A DNA stretch of 63,641 nt, the filler included, from Thraustochytrium aureum (Eukaryota), in NCBI GenBank assembly GCA_012862495.1. It is 5 parts of 3 records of this genome, joined end to end, with 100 filler letters (N's around TTAATTAATTAA, not from the genome) between each part and the next. Parts side by side here need not be neighbours in the genome. Positions count along the whole stretch, not along the records: positions 9,187 to 34,600 come from BLSG01000126.1; positions 34,701 to 44,440 come from BLSG01000126.1; 3 more parts are not named here. One strand, 5' to 3'. Below the pieces are notes generated by a model. The model was not told where the DNA came from, did not search any database, and saw nothing but the letters and a program-made list of their open reading frames with translations. Both the position numbers and the translations under genes were made by a program. Below, piece by piece: positions 22,144 to 35,597 of this stretch. How positions within the stretch are numbered: the stretch's first letter is position 1; each line of letters starts with the position of its first letter.

Positions 22144-23640
22144 NNNNNNNNNNNNNNNNNNNNNNNNNNNNNNNNNNNNNNNNNNNNNNNNNNNNNNNNN
22201 NNNNNNNNNNNNNNNNNNNNNNNNNNNNNNNNNNNNNNNNNNNNNNNNNNNNNNNNNNNNNNNNNNNNNNNNNNNNNNNNNNNNNNNNNNNNNNNNNNNN
22301 NNNNNNNNNNNNNNNNNNNNNNNNNNNNNNNNNNNNNNNNNNNNNNNNNNNNNNNNNNNNNNNNNNNNNNNNNNNNNNNNNNNNNNNNNNNNNNNNNNNN
22401 NNNNNNNNNNNNNNNNNNNNNNNNNNNNNNNNNNNNNNNNNNNNNNNNNNNNNNNNNNNNNNNNNNNNNNNNNNNNNNNNNNNNNNNNNNNNNNNNNNNN
22501 NNNNNNNNNNNNNNNNNNNNNNNNNNNNNNNNNNNNNNNNNNNNNNNNNNNNNNNNNNNNNNNNNNNNNNNNNNNNNNNNNNNNNNNNNNNNNNNNNNNN
22601 NNNNNNNNNNNNNNNNNNNNNNNNNNNNNNNNNNNNNNNNNNNNNNNNNNNNNNNNNNNNNNNNNNNNNNNNNNNNNNNNNNNNNNNNNNNNNNNNNNNN
22701 NNNNNNNNNNNNNNNNNNNNNNNNNNNNNNNNNNNNNNNNNNNNNNNNNNNNNNNNNNNNNNNNNNNNNNNNNNNNNNNNNNNNNNNNNNNNNNNNNNNN
22801 NNNNNNNNNNNNNNNNNNNNNNNNNNNNNNNNNNNNNNNNNNNNNNNNNNNNNNNNNNNNNNNNNNNNNNNNNNNNNNNNNNNNNNNNNNNNNNNNNNNN
22901 NNNNNNNNNNNNNNNNNNNNNNNNNNNNNNNNNNNNNNNNNNNNNNNNNNNNNNNNNNNNNNNNNNNNNNNNNNNNNNNNNNNNNNNNNNNNNNNNNNNN
23001 NNNNNNNNNNNNNNNNNNNNNNNNNNNNNNNNNNNNNNNNNNNNNNNNNNNNNNNNNNNNNNNNNNNNNNNNNNNNAGACTACACCAGCGAGCAACCTCC
23101 AGGATGGCGCGGCGCGGCTTGTTGGTGCTCGAGCGAGCGAAGCTCTGGCCATGGACGGGCCTTTGCGCGCGAAGGACGCGCGACCGTGAGGCTCTGCGGA
23201 GCCCGACAGTCGCCGCCGTCCCAGCAGGCGACTCGTGGGTAGGTGGAGTAGAGAAGGTACTCGAGCAATCCAACAACACACCGCCGATCATCTCGGCCTG
23301 CATGCAGTCGAGTACTCCCGCTCGCTGTCACTCATCAATGTCGGCGCCGCGCTGCGTTTGCCGCTTGGAACTCAAACAACTCGATCAGCCCAACCCTCAC
23401 CGGGGCCCTGTCCTGTGGCAGCTTGCCCCCCCTTCAAGCCGTATTTTACTCCCACGCGTTGTGCGACATATGGCACAGGACCACGGTCGCCGTGCCCAAC
23501 GCGTGGAAGTATGAGTGCCTCACGCTCTGGACGCACGCAGCATGGCTGTGCACCGCCCCTGGCATCAGGGCGTAGCAGGTATCTTCCCCGGCCGAGCATC
23601 TCCTGCTCCACTGTCGAGCCGCGGCCCAGCGCCCGTGGCC

Positions 23641-23642
23641 AG

Positions 23643-23674
<32 letters not shown>
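23641..23674 (+). repeat. (GCAG)n repeat; a (CAAG/CAAC)n tract follows at 24038-24096
   Basis: Direct reading. Confidence 0.8.
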
Positions 23675-24398
23675 CTCGCCCTCGCCTGCTTGCGTGCTTT
23701 CCAGGACCGGTTTCGCTGATACTGCCCTTTGGCTTACAACCCGCCCACGCGAAAACGCCCACATCCCCGCCAAATCCGCAAGGCTCCCGCACAGCCTGTC
23801 GCGGTGCGGCAGCTCGCCGGAGCAGGCCGCAGAGTCGCCGAGCGCGCCCTGGGGGGCGGCCGCTGCCTTGGAGTGCGTCAACGACGGCGTGAGGACCGCC
23901 GCAGTCCAACCCACGGCTTCCAGGTGGGAGAGGACGAGCCTGACTCAGGAGGCGAAACGGGCGAGGAAAACAAGCCACGGACTCTCATGCCAACACGGAG
24001 GGGAAGCGATCGCGTCGGCGCACAGACCGAGCGAGTCCAAGCAAGCAAGCAAGCAACCAAGCAACCAAGCAAGCAACCAAGCAAGCAAGCAAGCAAGAGG
24101 TGGATGCACTCTACTTGGTCGATGAGGAGTGCCAACCGGCAAGGAAGGAAAGAAAGGAGGCCCCGGCCGAGGGAGAATGGAGAAGGTTGGAGTCTTCGGA
24201 AGGTAGGTGCGCTACTCCATACCTCCTGCCGTGCGTGGGTTGGCGTTGCAGCAGACGCAGCAGACCCCGAATCAGAGCAGCGATCCGAACGGCACGAGAA
24301 ACGCGAAGGCACGAAGAGCAAGCCCCAGCTCGTGCGGAATCGAAAGGCAAGCGGAGGCGGGCAGGGCAAGCAGGCAGGCACGCTAGTACGCTTACGAG

Positions 24399-26123
24399 AT
24401 GGGCCAGGCGTTTGGGAGGCTGACGCGCAGCGAGCGCCTGCCGTTCCTGGCACTCGCTTTCGCGCTGTACCGCACGCGCGGGGCCTCGAAGAATGCCCCG
24501 ACGCTGCTGACGATGCTGGATGGCGTGTTCAAGTCGCAGTCTCGCAGCGTGCGCATTGTCGGCGAGGTGATCGGAGTCTACGCCGTCGTCGGCGTGATCA
24601 AGAAGCTCATCGCCCTGCAGCGCGGCGCGGCGCACATGGACACCAAAATGGTCAAGGACGTGCTGGGCAGCCGCGTCCTCGACGCGCTCCAGGAGATCCC
24701 AATCGCGAAAGACAAGATCGCCGAGGAGTTCAGAAAGATGGAGGCCGACCTGGAAAAGTCCCTCAAGGAGGCAGGGCGCGAGCAGATCTTCGAGCTCCCG
24801 AAGGAGGGGCTGTCCAAGGATCTGATTCTCGACAAGATGCGCAAAATGTACGACAAGGAGAAGGGCCAGTGGCAGGACGGCTGGGTCTCTGGCGCCGTGT
24901 ACCACGGCGGCGACGAGCACCTCGAGCTGCAAAACGAAGCCTACAAGCTGTTCTCCATCAGCAACCCGCTCCACCCGGACGTGTGGCCGAGCGTCATGAA
25001 GTTCGAGGCCGAAGTAATCTCCATGACCGCCAACATGCTCAACGGCGGACTCGCGACGGTGTGCGGGACCATGACGAGCGGCGGCACCGAGTCAATCTGC
25101 CTTGCCGCGCGCACGCACAAGGAGTACTACAAAAAGCACTTTGGCATCACGGAGCCGGAGATCGTGGCGCCAATCACCGCGCACGCGGCCATCGACAAGG
25201 CCTGCGAGCTCATGAACATCAAGCTCATCCATGTCCCCGTTGACCCGGTTACCTTCAAGGTGCGCCCGGCCGACGTCAAGAGGGCCCTCACAGAGAACAC
25301 GATCATGATCTACAGCTCGGCGCCAAACTACCCGAGCGGCATCATCGACCCCCTCGACGAGCTCTCTGCGATCGCCAAGTCGCACGGGTGCGGGATGCAC
25401 ATCGACATGTGCTTGGGCGGCTTCGTGCTGCCCTTCGCCAAGAAGCTGGGCTACTTTAAGGACAACGAGCTCAACTTTGAGTTTGGCAAGCTGCCCGGGG
25501 CGACCAGCATCTCGTGCGACTCGCACAAGTACGGGTACGCCACCAAGGGCACCTCCATCGTGCTCTACCGCACTCCGGAGCTGCGCCGCTTCCAGTACTT
25601 TAGCTTCCCGAGCTGGCCTGGTGGCCTCTACGTGACACCGTCCATCGCGGGCTCGCGCCCGGGCGCGCTCTCGGCGGCCTGCTGGGCGAGCCTCGTCTGC
25701 ATGGGCGAAAAGGGCTACTTGGACGCCACTGCGCGCATCATTGATGCGCAGCGCAGGATCAAGCAAGCCGTGGTCGAGATCGACGGCATCGAGCTCTGCG
25801 GGGACCCCATCGCGATGATCGTGGCCTTCCAGTCCAGCAAGTTTAACATCTACTCGCTCGGAGACAAGATGCACAAGCGCGGCTGGTCGCTCAACTCGCT
25901 GCAGCGCCCGCCGAGCATCCACATTTGCGTCACCATGCCGGTCGTTCCTGCTGCGGACCGATTCATCAAGGACCTGCGCGAATGCACCGCTGACTGCATG
26001 GCCAACCCTACCGCTATTGACAAGAACGGCAACGCGCCCGTGTACGGCATGGCTTCGGCCATGCCGGCAGGCCCCGTCAACAAGATGCTCGCAGCCTACA
26101 CCGACGTTGTGCTCAAGGTGTAG
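24399..26123 (+). CDS. SGPL1: Sphingosine-1-phosphate lyase (PLP-dependent)
   Basis: VSGAVYHGG, SNPLHPDVWP, MTSGGTESI, HAAIDKA, HIDMCLGGF, SCDSHKYGY (PLP lysine), AGSRPG and APVYG. Confidence 0.95.
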   Translation: MGQAFGRLTRSERLPFLALAFALYRTRGASKNAPTLLTMLDGVFKSQSRSVRIVGEVIGVYAVVGVIKKLIALQRGAAHMDTKMVKDVLGSRVLDALQEIPIAKDKIAEEFRKMEADLEKSLKEAGREQIFELPKEGLSKDLILDKMRKMYDKEKGQWQDGWVSGAVYHGGDEHLELQNEAYKLFSISNPLHPDVWPSVMKFEAEVISMTANMLNGGLATVCGTMTSGGTESICLAARTHKEYYKKHFGITEPEIVAPITAHAAIDKACELMNIKLIHVPVDPVTFKVRPADVKRALTENTIMIYSSAPNYPSGIIDPLDELSAIAKSHGCGMHIDMCLGGFVLPFAKKLGYFKDNELNFEFGKLPGATSISCDSHKYGYATKGTSIVLYRTPELRRFQYFSFPSWPGGLYVTPSIAGSRPGALSAACWASLVCMGEKGYLDATARIIDAQRRIKQAVVEIDGIELCGDPIAMIVAFQSSKFNIYSLGDKMHKRGWSLNSLQRPPSIHICVTMPVVPAADRFIKDLRECTADCMANPTAIDKNGNAPVYGMASAMPAGPVNKMLAAYTDVVLKV

Positions 26124-26313
26124 TAGTAGCCTCTAGCTAGCTAGAGTTTCCCAACCATTACTTTACTTTTTTGATTTGCACATGGCTTGCGGAGCTGGCA
26201 GCGAGCACGACGCGCGCCAGCACGCGCGCCAGCGAGCCACCCAAACAGCACCAGGACGAAAAGAACTACGTACACTCTCTACTTGCCGGCTCGCATCCTC
26301 ACTGCGCTGCGCC

Positions 26314-28073
26314 TCACTGCACTGCGCACTGGCTCGGCGTCGGGCTGCACGCTTCGTCTGCCCCTCCTGGGCGCAAACTTTCCGCCGCAGGCTCCCCGCG
26401 GCTGTTCTCCGCTTCCTGGCAAGCAAACGTGTAGACTGCAGTGGCAAGCCGCTCGAGGTCCTGCATCGAGCGCCCCGGAAACCGCGAAGGAATCTGTTGC
26501 AGGGTAAACCAGCAATCCACTTGACCATTCCGCGCAATGTCCAGAGACGAAAACGCATCCATGACATCCTGCGCATCCCAGCTAGGGCACGCCTCCCTTG
26601 CCAGCGACTTGAACGCGGCGTAGCCGAGGGCGACAGGGACCGTCGAGGCGCCACCGCCGCTCAGCCTCTTGATGTACTTTATGACGGTGCGCGACTCCTC
26701 GTCCCGCTGCTTGGCGGCCTCGCGCTCTTCGCGCTCCGTGCTGGTCGCGCGCTCGCTCGAGGGGACCACGAGCTGCACATGCTCGGACAGGAGGATTAGC
26801 TCCTCGAGTTTGCGCGCCCCCATGCTACGCAAGCGATGCAGAATCGTGTTGTACACGTGCCCGGTGGCAAGTGCACCCATCTCTTCAAGGCTCGCCTTCC
26901 GCCGAAGAAGCGGGGCGAAGCCGTCTTCCCACGGCAACGACGGCGAGGGGTGCTGGCGCGTCTGGTGCGGACTCGCTCCAGCGCCAAAGGTCGCGCTGCG
27001 CACCCGCGTCGATGCTGCCAGCCACTGCCCCTGCCGTTCACGATCCCCGCTGTTGGGGCGAGAGCTAGCCGCCCCGAGGGCGACGGGTGAAGCAGCCCCC
27101 CAAGTCCAGCTTGAAGCCTTGACGAAGGCGGACTTTGAGAGCCGGCCGGGCTCGCCGAGCTTGGCCCGCTGGCCGCCAAGATTGGCGTGTCCTTGATCAG
27201 CGCAACGACGAGGCGCAAGTGAAAGTCTGTAGCGTTCGGCTCGACACACCCCCCGGGTCGCGCCAGGATGCTCTTTAGCGCCCCCATAGGCGGATCCAGG
27301 ACGCTGCAACCCCCGGCGCTGACAAACATGCAGTCCCAAATCCTCTTGACAATCCCGATGTCGCGCACAAGCTCCTCGTCAGCCCACAACTGCAAGAGAA
27401 GCTTGAGACACAGCAACTCGACCACGCCGTCGCGGTCCACGACGCCGCCGACGGCGTCAAACTTTTGACGCCCAACTGTGAGGCTCACGGCCTGGACTGC
27501 GGTCTTGAACCCCTCAAGCCGACGCGTCCCCGAAAAAAAGCCCTGGCCAACGACGGTTTCGCACAGCGCACACATTACCCAAAACGCGCGCTCCTCTTCG
27601 GCCTGGCGCGCAGCGCCTCCGGGGTTTTCTCCTAAATACTCGGACATGACCATCAGGCAAATATTCTGCATCCCTTGCAGGTATCCGACCGTCTTCGCGT
27701 TCCTTGAGCTGAAAGCGACAAGAATGCGCTTGGCTGCCGCCAGAAGCGACCCGTGATCGGCGTCGCTGTGCGGTCCAAACATCCAGCGCAGCGTTTCCGG
27801 CCGAACTCGGCCCAGGTCTCGCTCAATCTGCTCTTCGTCCTCGGAGTCGACGAGGGAGAGCGAGTGGGCCTTGACGCGACGCCAGGGGATGTCTTCGTGC
27901 TTGTCCTGTTCGCCACTAGCCAGCGCGCACTCGTCGCCGCTGCTGTCGCCGCCCGCGAGGTCTTCGTGCACGAACTCGGCGCCCTCGATCCGAAGCTCGC
28001 CTCCGCCCCCCTCTCCTTCCCTCTCCTTCCTCTCCTTCATGCTCCTCGCCCGAGGCTTCGCCGTCTTCGGCAT
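26314..28073 (-). CDS. TBC-domain (Rab-GAP) protein with C-terminal EF-hand-like segment; probable frameshift at ~27000-27190
   Basis: IERDLGRV (Arg finger), GYLQGMQNI (Gln finger), EEERAFWVM and RIWDCMF. The C-terminal frame 26314..27339 has DVMDAFSSLDIARNGQVD. Confidence 0.65.
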
Positions 28074-29504
28074 GGGCCTCAAGGATGCGCTGCATCGACG
28101 CGCTAGCGGCGCCGCCGCCGACCCGTGCGTCCCCAGGCGAGTTCCAGCGGCCCAGCGCAGCCCCTGGTCTCCCAGCGAGGTATTCGGCGTACGCGGTGGC
28201 CTTGCCAGCCCGCGCCNNNNNNNNNNNNNNNNNNNNNNNNNNNNNNNNNNNNNNNNNNNNNNNNNNNNNNNNNNNNNNNNNNNNNNNNNNNNNNNNNNNN
28301 NNNNNNNNNNNNNNNNNNNNNNNNNNNNNNNNNNNNNNNNNNNNNNNNNNNNNNNNNNNNNNNNNNNNNNNNNNNNNNNNNNNNNNNNNNNNNNNNNNNN
28401 NNNNNNNNNNNNNNNNNNNNNNNNNNNNNNNNNNNCCTCGTCCCTCGTCGCGGATGCACCAAGCCCCATCCACACGCTCGGCGAGCCGGCGGCGGCCGCG
28501 CAAGAGGCCGCCTGCACGGCGCCCGCGTGCACATGGTCTTCTTCGTTGCGCGACGCATGCACGCGCTCGAGCTGCGCTTTCTGCGCTGCCCAACGAACGC
28601 CTGACGGGGACGCGACCACGTCCAGGTTTGCCCGAGGACTTGCGAAGTTGGAGCACGCCTCTCTGGCCGGCCTTCGCGGAGAGCTCGGGGCGTGCGATCG
28701 CATGTGGAGTTGGCGGCTTCGCTCGTTTCGTCGTGGCTCTGGAGTTTGTCGTTTGCAAGCCGTTGGGCGGGAGGGAGGTTCGGCGTTGGCAGATTCGGGC
28801 GATTCGCCGCCGAAATGCAAGCTCGAACTGGTCTCGGAGAGCGTGAACGTACTCAAGGTGCCACGCGCTGCCCGCTAAAGCAGCAGCTCGATCTGACCGA
28901 GCGACGAGGGCTGAAGAACCGCCCGTCCGGCTTGAGCGTTGCAAGGAAGCCCTGCACTCCAGTAGCAGCTTCGAAAGCATTGGACGCATCGCCGGTCCTG
29001 CAGCGTACGTAGCAGGTCGCCTTTGAGAGTGCCGAGACAGCTGTCGAAGCCGCCTCGGCGACCGAACGCGATTGGTCGATCAGCAACCCAGCACATGTTT
29101 TTGTCCGGTCGAGCCGTTGAAAATGTGCAAACTCATGCCACAAGTCGGACACCACGGTCATTGTGCCGCCCGCCGTTCTGGCGCCCGCGCCGGGTCGGTT
29201 GGCGGAATTCGAAACGCGCACCACAACCTTCCGCTTTGTTGCCGCTTTTCGCAACGGGTGTTGGCCTAGCTTCCCCTGCCTGTCGTTTGCTGTCGCGCGT
29301 GTGAGGAGCATCTTGTCCTCGTTTCGAATTGTATGGATTTCGCGACATGTTTTGGGTGGCTTTAGCCTCTCTCAACGCCAGCTCGTACTGCACGTTCAAG
29401 CGACTCGGTTGCATTCGCAGCCGGTCCAGCAGCACGGCAAGCCGCGAAGCAGACGAAAGCGGTGAAACACCCATCCGGCGTGTTGTGCTCGAGCGTGCAG
29501 GAGA

Positions 29505-29719
29505 CTGGACAGCAAGCGACAGGCCCGCAGGGGCAGGGCGCAGCAAATACCACGCCCCGTTGCCCAAGGCAAGACCGTGGAGTGGAAGTGTGTGGGTCAC
29601 CGTCGGCCGCTGGACAGCAAGCGACAGGCCCGCCAGGGGCAGGGCGCAGCAAATACCACGCCCCGTTGCCCAAGGCAAGACCGTGGAGTGGAAGTGTGTG
29701 GGTCACCGTCGGCCGCTGG
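29505..29719 (+). repeat. Two-copy ~105-bp tandem direct repeat immediately upstream of GPCR copy 1
   Basis: ctggacagcaagcgacaggcc…gggtcaccgtcggccg starts at 29505 and again at 29610. The copies differ by one inserted C. Confidence 0.9.
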
Positions 29720-29730
29720 CCAGACGCGAA

Positions 29731-32359
29731 ATGCGGCTCGCGGCGCTTGCCGTGACGACCCTTCTCGTCACGGCGAGCTCGAGCGCTCAAGCAGCTACAG
29801 TACTGAACGTGGACGTGATGCAGACGCTTTCCTACGTCCTGAGTCAGAGCGAATGTGAATCGAAAAACCACTTGGTGGCTTGGAATTCTACGTCGCAAGT
29901 ATGCATGGTAGAATCTGTGCGCGCTCTGCAAGCAGCGACATACCTAGCCGTGAAGCACTTCAACGAGCGGAACGGGGCTTACGTTCCAAGCATTGCAGCG
30001 CTGGGCGCGTGTGACAAGGTGATTGTTCCCCGCCTGATTGACGAACACTCGAACACGCGCCTGTCCGTCCAAGGCCTCTTGGCCGCTTTCGCGGTCTCGC
30101 GTCCTCACGTTGTCATCGGCGCATCAAGCTCAACACGGTCCGTGCCTGCGTCTCTCATAAGCAGTGCGTATGACATCCCTATGATCAGCTACTGGGCAAC
30201 GAGCGCGGCCCTGAGCGATACGAACGTGCACTCGAGGTTCATGCGGACCATTCCCACGGACGAAGCGGTGGCGTACGCAATTTGCAAGCACTGGGCAGGA
30301 CTTGGGTTTGATTTTGCTGGCGTCCTGTTTGCAGCCAACGACGCATACGCCGAAGCGTTCAAAGAGGGAATAATGCGTGCTTGCGCCAAGGTTGGCCTGA
30401 AGGAGGTTGTTGCCGTGGGACTTGCGTCCTACACGCAGAGCCAAATCGAAGATCGCATGCGGGTCTTAGCGAGCACAGGTCTTCGCGTCTTTGCACTCAT
30501 CACTGTCTCGGACGCTGCCGTCAAAACGATATTTTCTGAAGCCTACGACGCAGGTATTCTCGGCAAGGGAACAAACTGGGTCATTGGCGACTCTGTGCAG
30601 ATTGGCGCGCTAAACGAGATTGAGCGCGAAGAGGTGCGCCAAGCGGTTCGTGGGGTTCACCAGATCGTGGCGGGTGGCGGTTCAGCGAACAACCCGAGAT
30701 GGAACAAGTTTAAGGCCGACTGGCCGAGCTTCAATCCGGTCGAAATGGCGGCGATGCTACCTGATGACGTTGCTCCCGAGGGAAACGTGTTCGAACGCGT
30801 CCCGGCCACGCATGCGCTTGTCCAAAACATCGGCGCATACATCTACGATGCAATATCGACGGCTGGGCTGGCGGCGTGCAGAGTGGCGCCTATTGGGCCG
30901 CTTCCCGCTGACTTTGGGACCACACTGTGGCAGAACAAGACCGAATTCCGTGTCGAAGGACTCAGTGGGACGGTCGTCTTTGACGAGAACGGCGATCGCT
31001 CAGCAGAGTCTTCCAATTTCGTCCTCTCAGTCGTCAAGAGCGGCTCGTCCGATCCGAGCCACCTCGCGCTTTTAAAATTTGGCGCTTTTGATGTTGGGTC
31101 GCAGTCCTGGACCTATGATGGCCCAATCCCACAAAGTGGCATGAGCTTCGACAAGGTACTCTCTGTAGCCCTTCCTGGCCACGACCTTCAGGTCAGTACG
31201 TTTCTGAAGTTGCTCATCCGTAGTCTGGGTGGGTTGCTTGTGACGACCTCTGGCCTGATTGTGGTTTGGGTCGCAGTGCTAAGGCGGCACGTGATTGTGC
31301 GGCTCAGCCAGGCGCCGTTTCTCTCGATGGTGGCTGTTGGTACCCTGGTGACGGGCGTTGCGATATTCCCTGTGACTTGGGACGACTCGCTCCTTTTTGT
31401 CGACAACGAGCTGCAGGAACAACACGTGGCTGTGAATTTTTCCGATGCAGGGCTTGCGCTCCTTCACCACGGACAGTCGCAGGAAGCCAATCTCGGCTGC
31501 GCCCTGTCGCTCTGGCTCTACTGCTCTGGGTTCGTATTGAGCTTTGGCCCGCTGTTCGGAAAGACCTATCGAGTCATGGTCCTTTTCGAGGGCGTGAGCC
31601 GCAGCCTTTCGGCTNNNNNNNNNNNNNNNNNNNNNNNNNNNNNNNNNNNNNNNNNNNNNNNNNNNNNNNNNNNNNNNNNNNNNNNNNNNNNNNNNNNNNN
31701 NNNNNNNNNNNNNNNNNNNNNNNNNNNNNNNNNNNNNNNNNNNNNNNNNNNNNNNNNNNNNNNNNNNNNNNNNNNNNNNNNNNNNNNNNNNNNNNNNNNN
31801 NNNNNNNNNNNNNNNNNNNNNNNNNNNNNNNNNNNNNNNNNNNNNNNNNNNNNNNNNNNNNNNNNNNNNNNNNNNNNNNNNNNNNNNNNNNNNNNNNNNN
31901 NNNNNNNNNNNNNNNNNNNNNNNNNNNNNNNNNNNNNNNNNNNNNNNNNNNNNNNNNNNNNNNNNNNNNNNNNNNNNNNNNNNNNNNNNNNNNNNNNNNN
32001 NNNNNNNNNNNNNNNNNNNNNNNNNNNNNNNNNNNNNNNNNNNNNNNNNNNNNNNNNNNNNNNNNNNNNNNNNNNNNNNNNNNNNNNNNNNNNNNNNNNN
32101 NNNNNNNNNNNNNNNGGCCTTTATCTTCGGTCCGAAAGTGGTCAGTGTCGCGCGAGGCCAATTCGAAATTTCCGGGGCTGGCTCCGAGTTCGTCATGACC
32201 GAGGTCCGCAAAGCACAAGGCCCATCGTCGTCTCCGGGGGGGCTGGCCTCGTCTTTCTCGAGAGCAACTAAAATCGAGCCTTTGCAGCGGGGTCACACGA
32301 GACGAAACGTCTCGGTGAGGAAAACGTCAGCTGCGGTGAGTTCCAATTCGACGTCCTGA
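29731..32359 (+). CDS. Class C (GABA-B/mGluR-like) GPCR: signal peptide, Venus-flytrap domain and 7TM (internal gap)
   Basis: VIGASSSTRS…IPMISYWATSAALSD…FMRTIPTD; AYIYDAI; GLSGTVVFDENGDR; TM region IVRLSQAPFL…CALSLWLYCSGFVLSFGPLFGKTYRV. After the gap comes the TM7 motif FIFGPKV and a stop at 32359. Confidence 0.88.
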
Positions 32360-33534
32360 TGGTTGGCGGTTCGTCTTCGCAAAATGATTAGGTCCTCGGC
32401 AAAACGCGTGGGCTGTTCTCGGCAAGTAGCAACGTAGTTGTGCCAACGATTCTCGACAACAAGCGCTTTATAGGAAGTGCGCGGCCGGGTGGACGCTGGC
32501 CTCGCGAAAAACGGACGGCTTGTAGACCGCCGGTTGCACACGCGTCTTCCTGGAAGAGAAACCTTGTAGCAGGTTTTGACGGCCTCAACAAGGACGCGCC
32601 GCTATGGGTGTTTGGTCGACAGTTTTAAATAGTCTCTGGTGCTTCAGCCCTTTTGCCGCCCACTGCAAGTGGCACGTTGATACTTTAACTCTAGCTCTAG
32701 CTAGCTAGTAGAGTGTAGAGAGTAGAGTAAGTAGCTGGTTCCAGGCATCGTCATGGCGAAGACGCCCCTCTATTCTGAAACTCTGAGCAACAGGTCACTG
32801 GTGTTCGGGCCCGCACGCAAGCTCACCTTCGAGTTTGGCCAACACGTTGCCCCCCCCCTCGTTGAGACCTCAGCAAGATGTATCAGTCGCGTGCCGGAAC
32901 GTCTCGAGCGCTATAGGCAAAGCTCAAGCACTTTAGCTTGCTGATTGGGCCTTCTCCAAGAGCCGTTTGCGTGTCGTCCGTCCTCCATCAACAATGGTCA
33001 TCCTTTCCCGCGGTTTCCCAGCTGGGGAGGATTCGGCCAAGTGGCGCCCGTCCCGCTCCTCGCAGGCTTGATTCACACCCGACCGCTTTCCAATGTTGGG
33101 CTTGACTGCTGTCCATGGCCCTGAGGCGCAAACCTTGCACTCCCGGTTCAGAAAACCTTGTGCAGGAGGAAAAGTGGTCTTGCGCATGTTGTACACCTCG
33201 CTCTGCGCCTGGAGGAAGAGGGCAACGGTAATCTTTTGGAGCAGACTGCGTCAGTATGTATTTGATGGCGCGAATCTTGATGGGAACGGTTGCCTTCACC
33301 ATCTTGTTTCCGTTGACACGACGGCAGCACGCAGACTGAGGTTTTGATTGATTGAACGTGCAGCTGGCTAGTTAGAGCATGTAGCCAGGATTCCCGCCTT
33401 CACGAGCCGATAAGCACCGCGATGCAAAAGCCCATCCTCTGGACAAGAAAGCAACGCTGGTCGGCGCCGACCCCCGGCATCGGCTAGCAGGTCCAGCTTC
33501 GCGTCCAGAGCGTACACATCCACCAGTCAGACGA

Positions 33535-34600
33535 ATGCGGCTCACGGCGCTTACAGTGGCGGCCTTGCTCGTCGCAGTGAGCGTGTCCGGTAAAGCTGAT
33601 GCGGTGGCGATGCTCAACGTGGATGTGATCCAAACGTTTTCTTTTGCTGTAAGCAAGAGCAAGTGCGAGTCCTTGCAGACTGATCTCGCACTGTGGAACT
33701 CGACTGCACAAACATGCATGGCAGAGTCTTTGCGCGGCCTGCATGCCGCGACGTACCTCGCCGTGAAACACTTCAACGAGCGAAATGGCACGTACGTTCC
33801 AGATTTCGGCAGACTAGGGTCGTGCGATAAGAGGATCGCTCTTCGGCACATTGACGAACGCTCAGATACACGGCTGGCAATCCAGGGCCTTCTAGCCGCT
33901 TTCGCTGACTCAAGACCACACGTTCTTATCGGCGCATCTAGCTCGACGCGATCCGTGCCTGCCTCGCTTATCAGCAACGCCTACGATATCCCAATGATTA
34001 GCTACTGGTCCACCAGCGCGGCGCTCAGCGACACAAATGTCCACTCGAGGTTCATGCGGACCATTCCGACCGACGACGCTGTCGCATACGCAATCTGCAA
34101 GCACTGGGCGGGACTTGGATTCAGCTTTGCCGGCGTCTTGTTCGAGACCAACGACGCGTATACCGAGAAGTTCAAGGAAGGAATCCTGCGGTCTTGTGTC
34201 AACGTCGGCCTCAGCGATGTCGTCGCCGTGGGTATCACGTCTTATGATGAGAGCCACCTAGCTGATCGCATAAACGTCCTGGCAAGCACGGGCCTCCGAG
34301 TCTTTGCACTTCTCGTTGGATCAGACGTAGGAGCCAAGTTCGTACTCGAGAGAGCCTATGACGCAGGGATTCTCGGCAAAGGGACAAGTTGGGTCGTCGG
34401 TGATTCTGTGCAGATCGGAGCCCTAAACGCGATCGAGCGCAAGGAGGTGCGCCAAGCCGCTCTCGGAGTCCATCAAATCGTGGCCGGCGGAGGCGCTGCG
34501 AGCAACCCGAGGTGGAACAAGTTCAAGGCCGACTGGCCGAGCTTCGACCCGATCGAGTTGGCGGCAACACTCCCTGACGACATCGTTCCCGAGGGAAACA
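33535..34600 (+). CDS. Class C GPCR paralogue 2, Venus-flytrap domain (3' truncated at scaffold end)
   Basis: Collinear with copy 1, with the same motifs. Confidence 0.85.
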
Positions 34601-35597
34601 NNNNNNNNNNNNNNNNNNNNNNNNNNNNNNNNNNNNNNNNNNNNTTAATTAATTAANNNNNNNNNNNNNNNNNNNNNNNNNNNNNNNNNNNNNNNNNNNN
34701 GTCGTGTTGATGGGTTTTCTACGGAGAAGACTTTTAAAAAAGACTAGGCTGCCTCCTTCTAAGGCTGCCTGCGCTGCGCGCGCAAGCAGCCCGTGACGGG
34801 ACATCTCTGCGCGCAACGCAAGCTCCGTGCTGACGTGCCACCTCACCAGGCCCGTACGAACCGGACTGGAAACCAAATTTCCGAAGATGGCAAAGAGCCT
34901 GACGTATGATGCATGGCCGTTCAATGTCGACACGAAACCACCGTGACAGACTCGTTGACGATCACCCGTAGATCGAAATAGTTGCACCAAGCACCCACTT
35001 GCCGAAACAGCCGGAGAGAACCAGAAGAAGCCTACCTGCCCCAGCTTCCAGTGGCCTCGATCACTCACGAAGGGTAGAAAGGTCTTGCCGGAGAGGAAAA
35101 CAGCTTTATTTGAGTTCTGACAGTCGCTGTACATGCCGGCAAGGCTCGCTCGCCTCTGCAGTGGTCGAGTGCATTGTGAACACGCTATCCGTTAGGTCCG
35201 TTGAAATGTCACCAATAAACTTCTTGTCACGCTACGCTTGACCGAGCTCTCTCTAGCGCTCTCTCCACTCAATCAAGCAGAGCACTCGCAGGTCTCGGAG
35301 AGGGCAGGTCCATGGCGCAGCAAAAGCAAAAGCAGGCAATTAGTGAGGGGCCGCTGTTGAGACCAAGAGCCTCAGCCAAGAAGCGATCAAGACGTGTCGT
35401 CGTCGAGCACAGCGGAGTGGCCTGCACGCTGCGCTCAGCGCCCTCGCCGACCTGTGCGAGTGCGCGGCGAGTGACAGGACGGCAGGCCGCGAATCACAGC
35501 GTGGCGCGAGCGAACCGCCTTGCCGACCACGACGACGAGCAGGACACTTGTCGGCCCCCTACTTTGGCTCGGCCGCCGCTGGCCAGGCGCGCGCAAC

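Noticed and set aside
23729..25922. Long alternative-frame and antisense ORFs over S1P lyase and other genes
   Set aside because: Expected shadow ORFs in high-GC3 coding DNA, with Arg/Ala/Pro-rich non-protein-like composition.
32933..33330. Small Cys-containing minus-strand ORFs between GPCR copies 1 and 2
   Set aside because: Fragmentary across three frames with no identifiable family, so a call cannot be supported.
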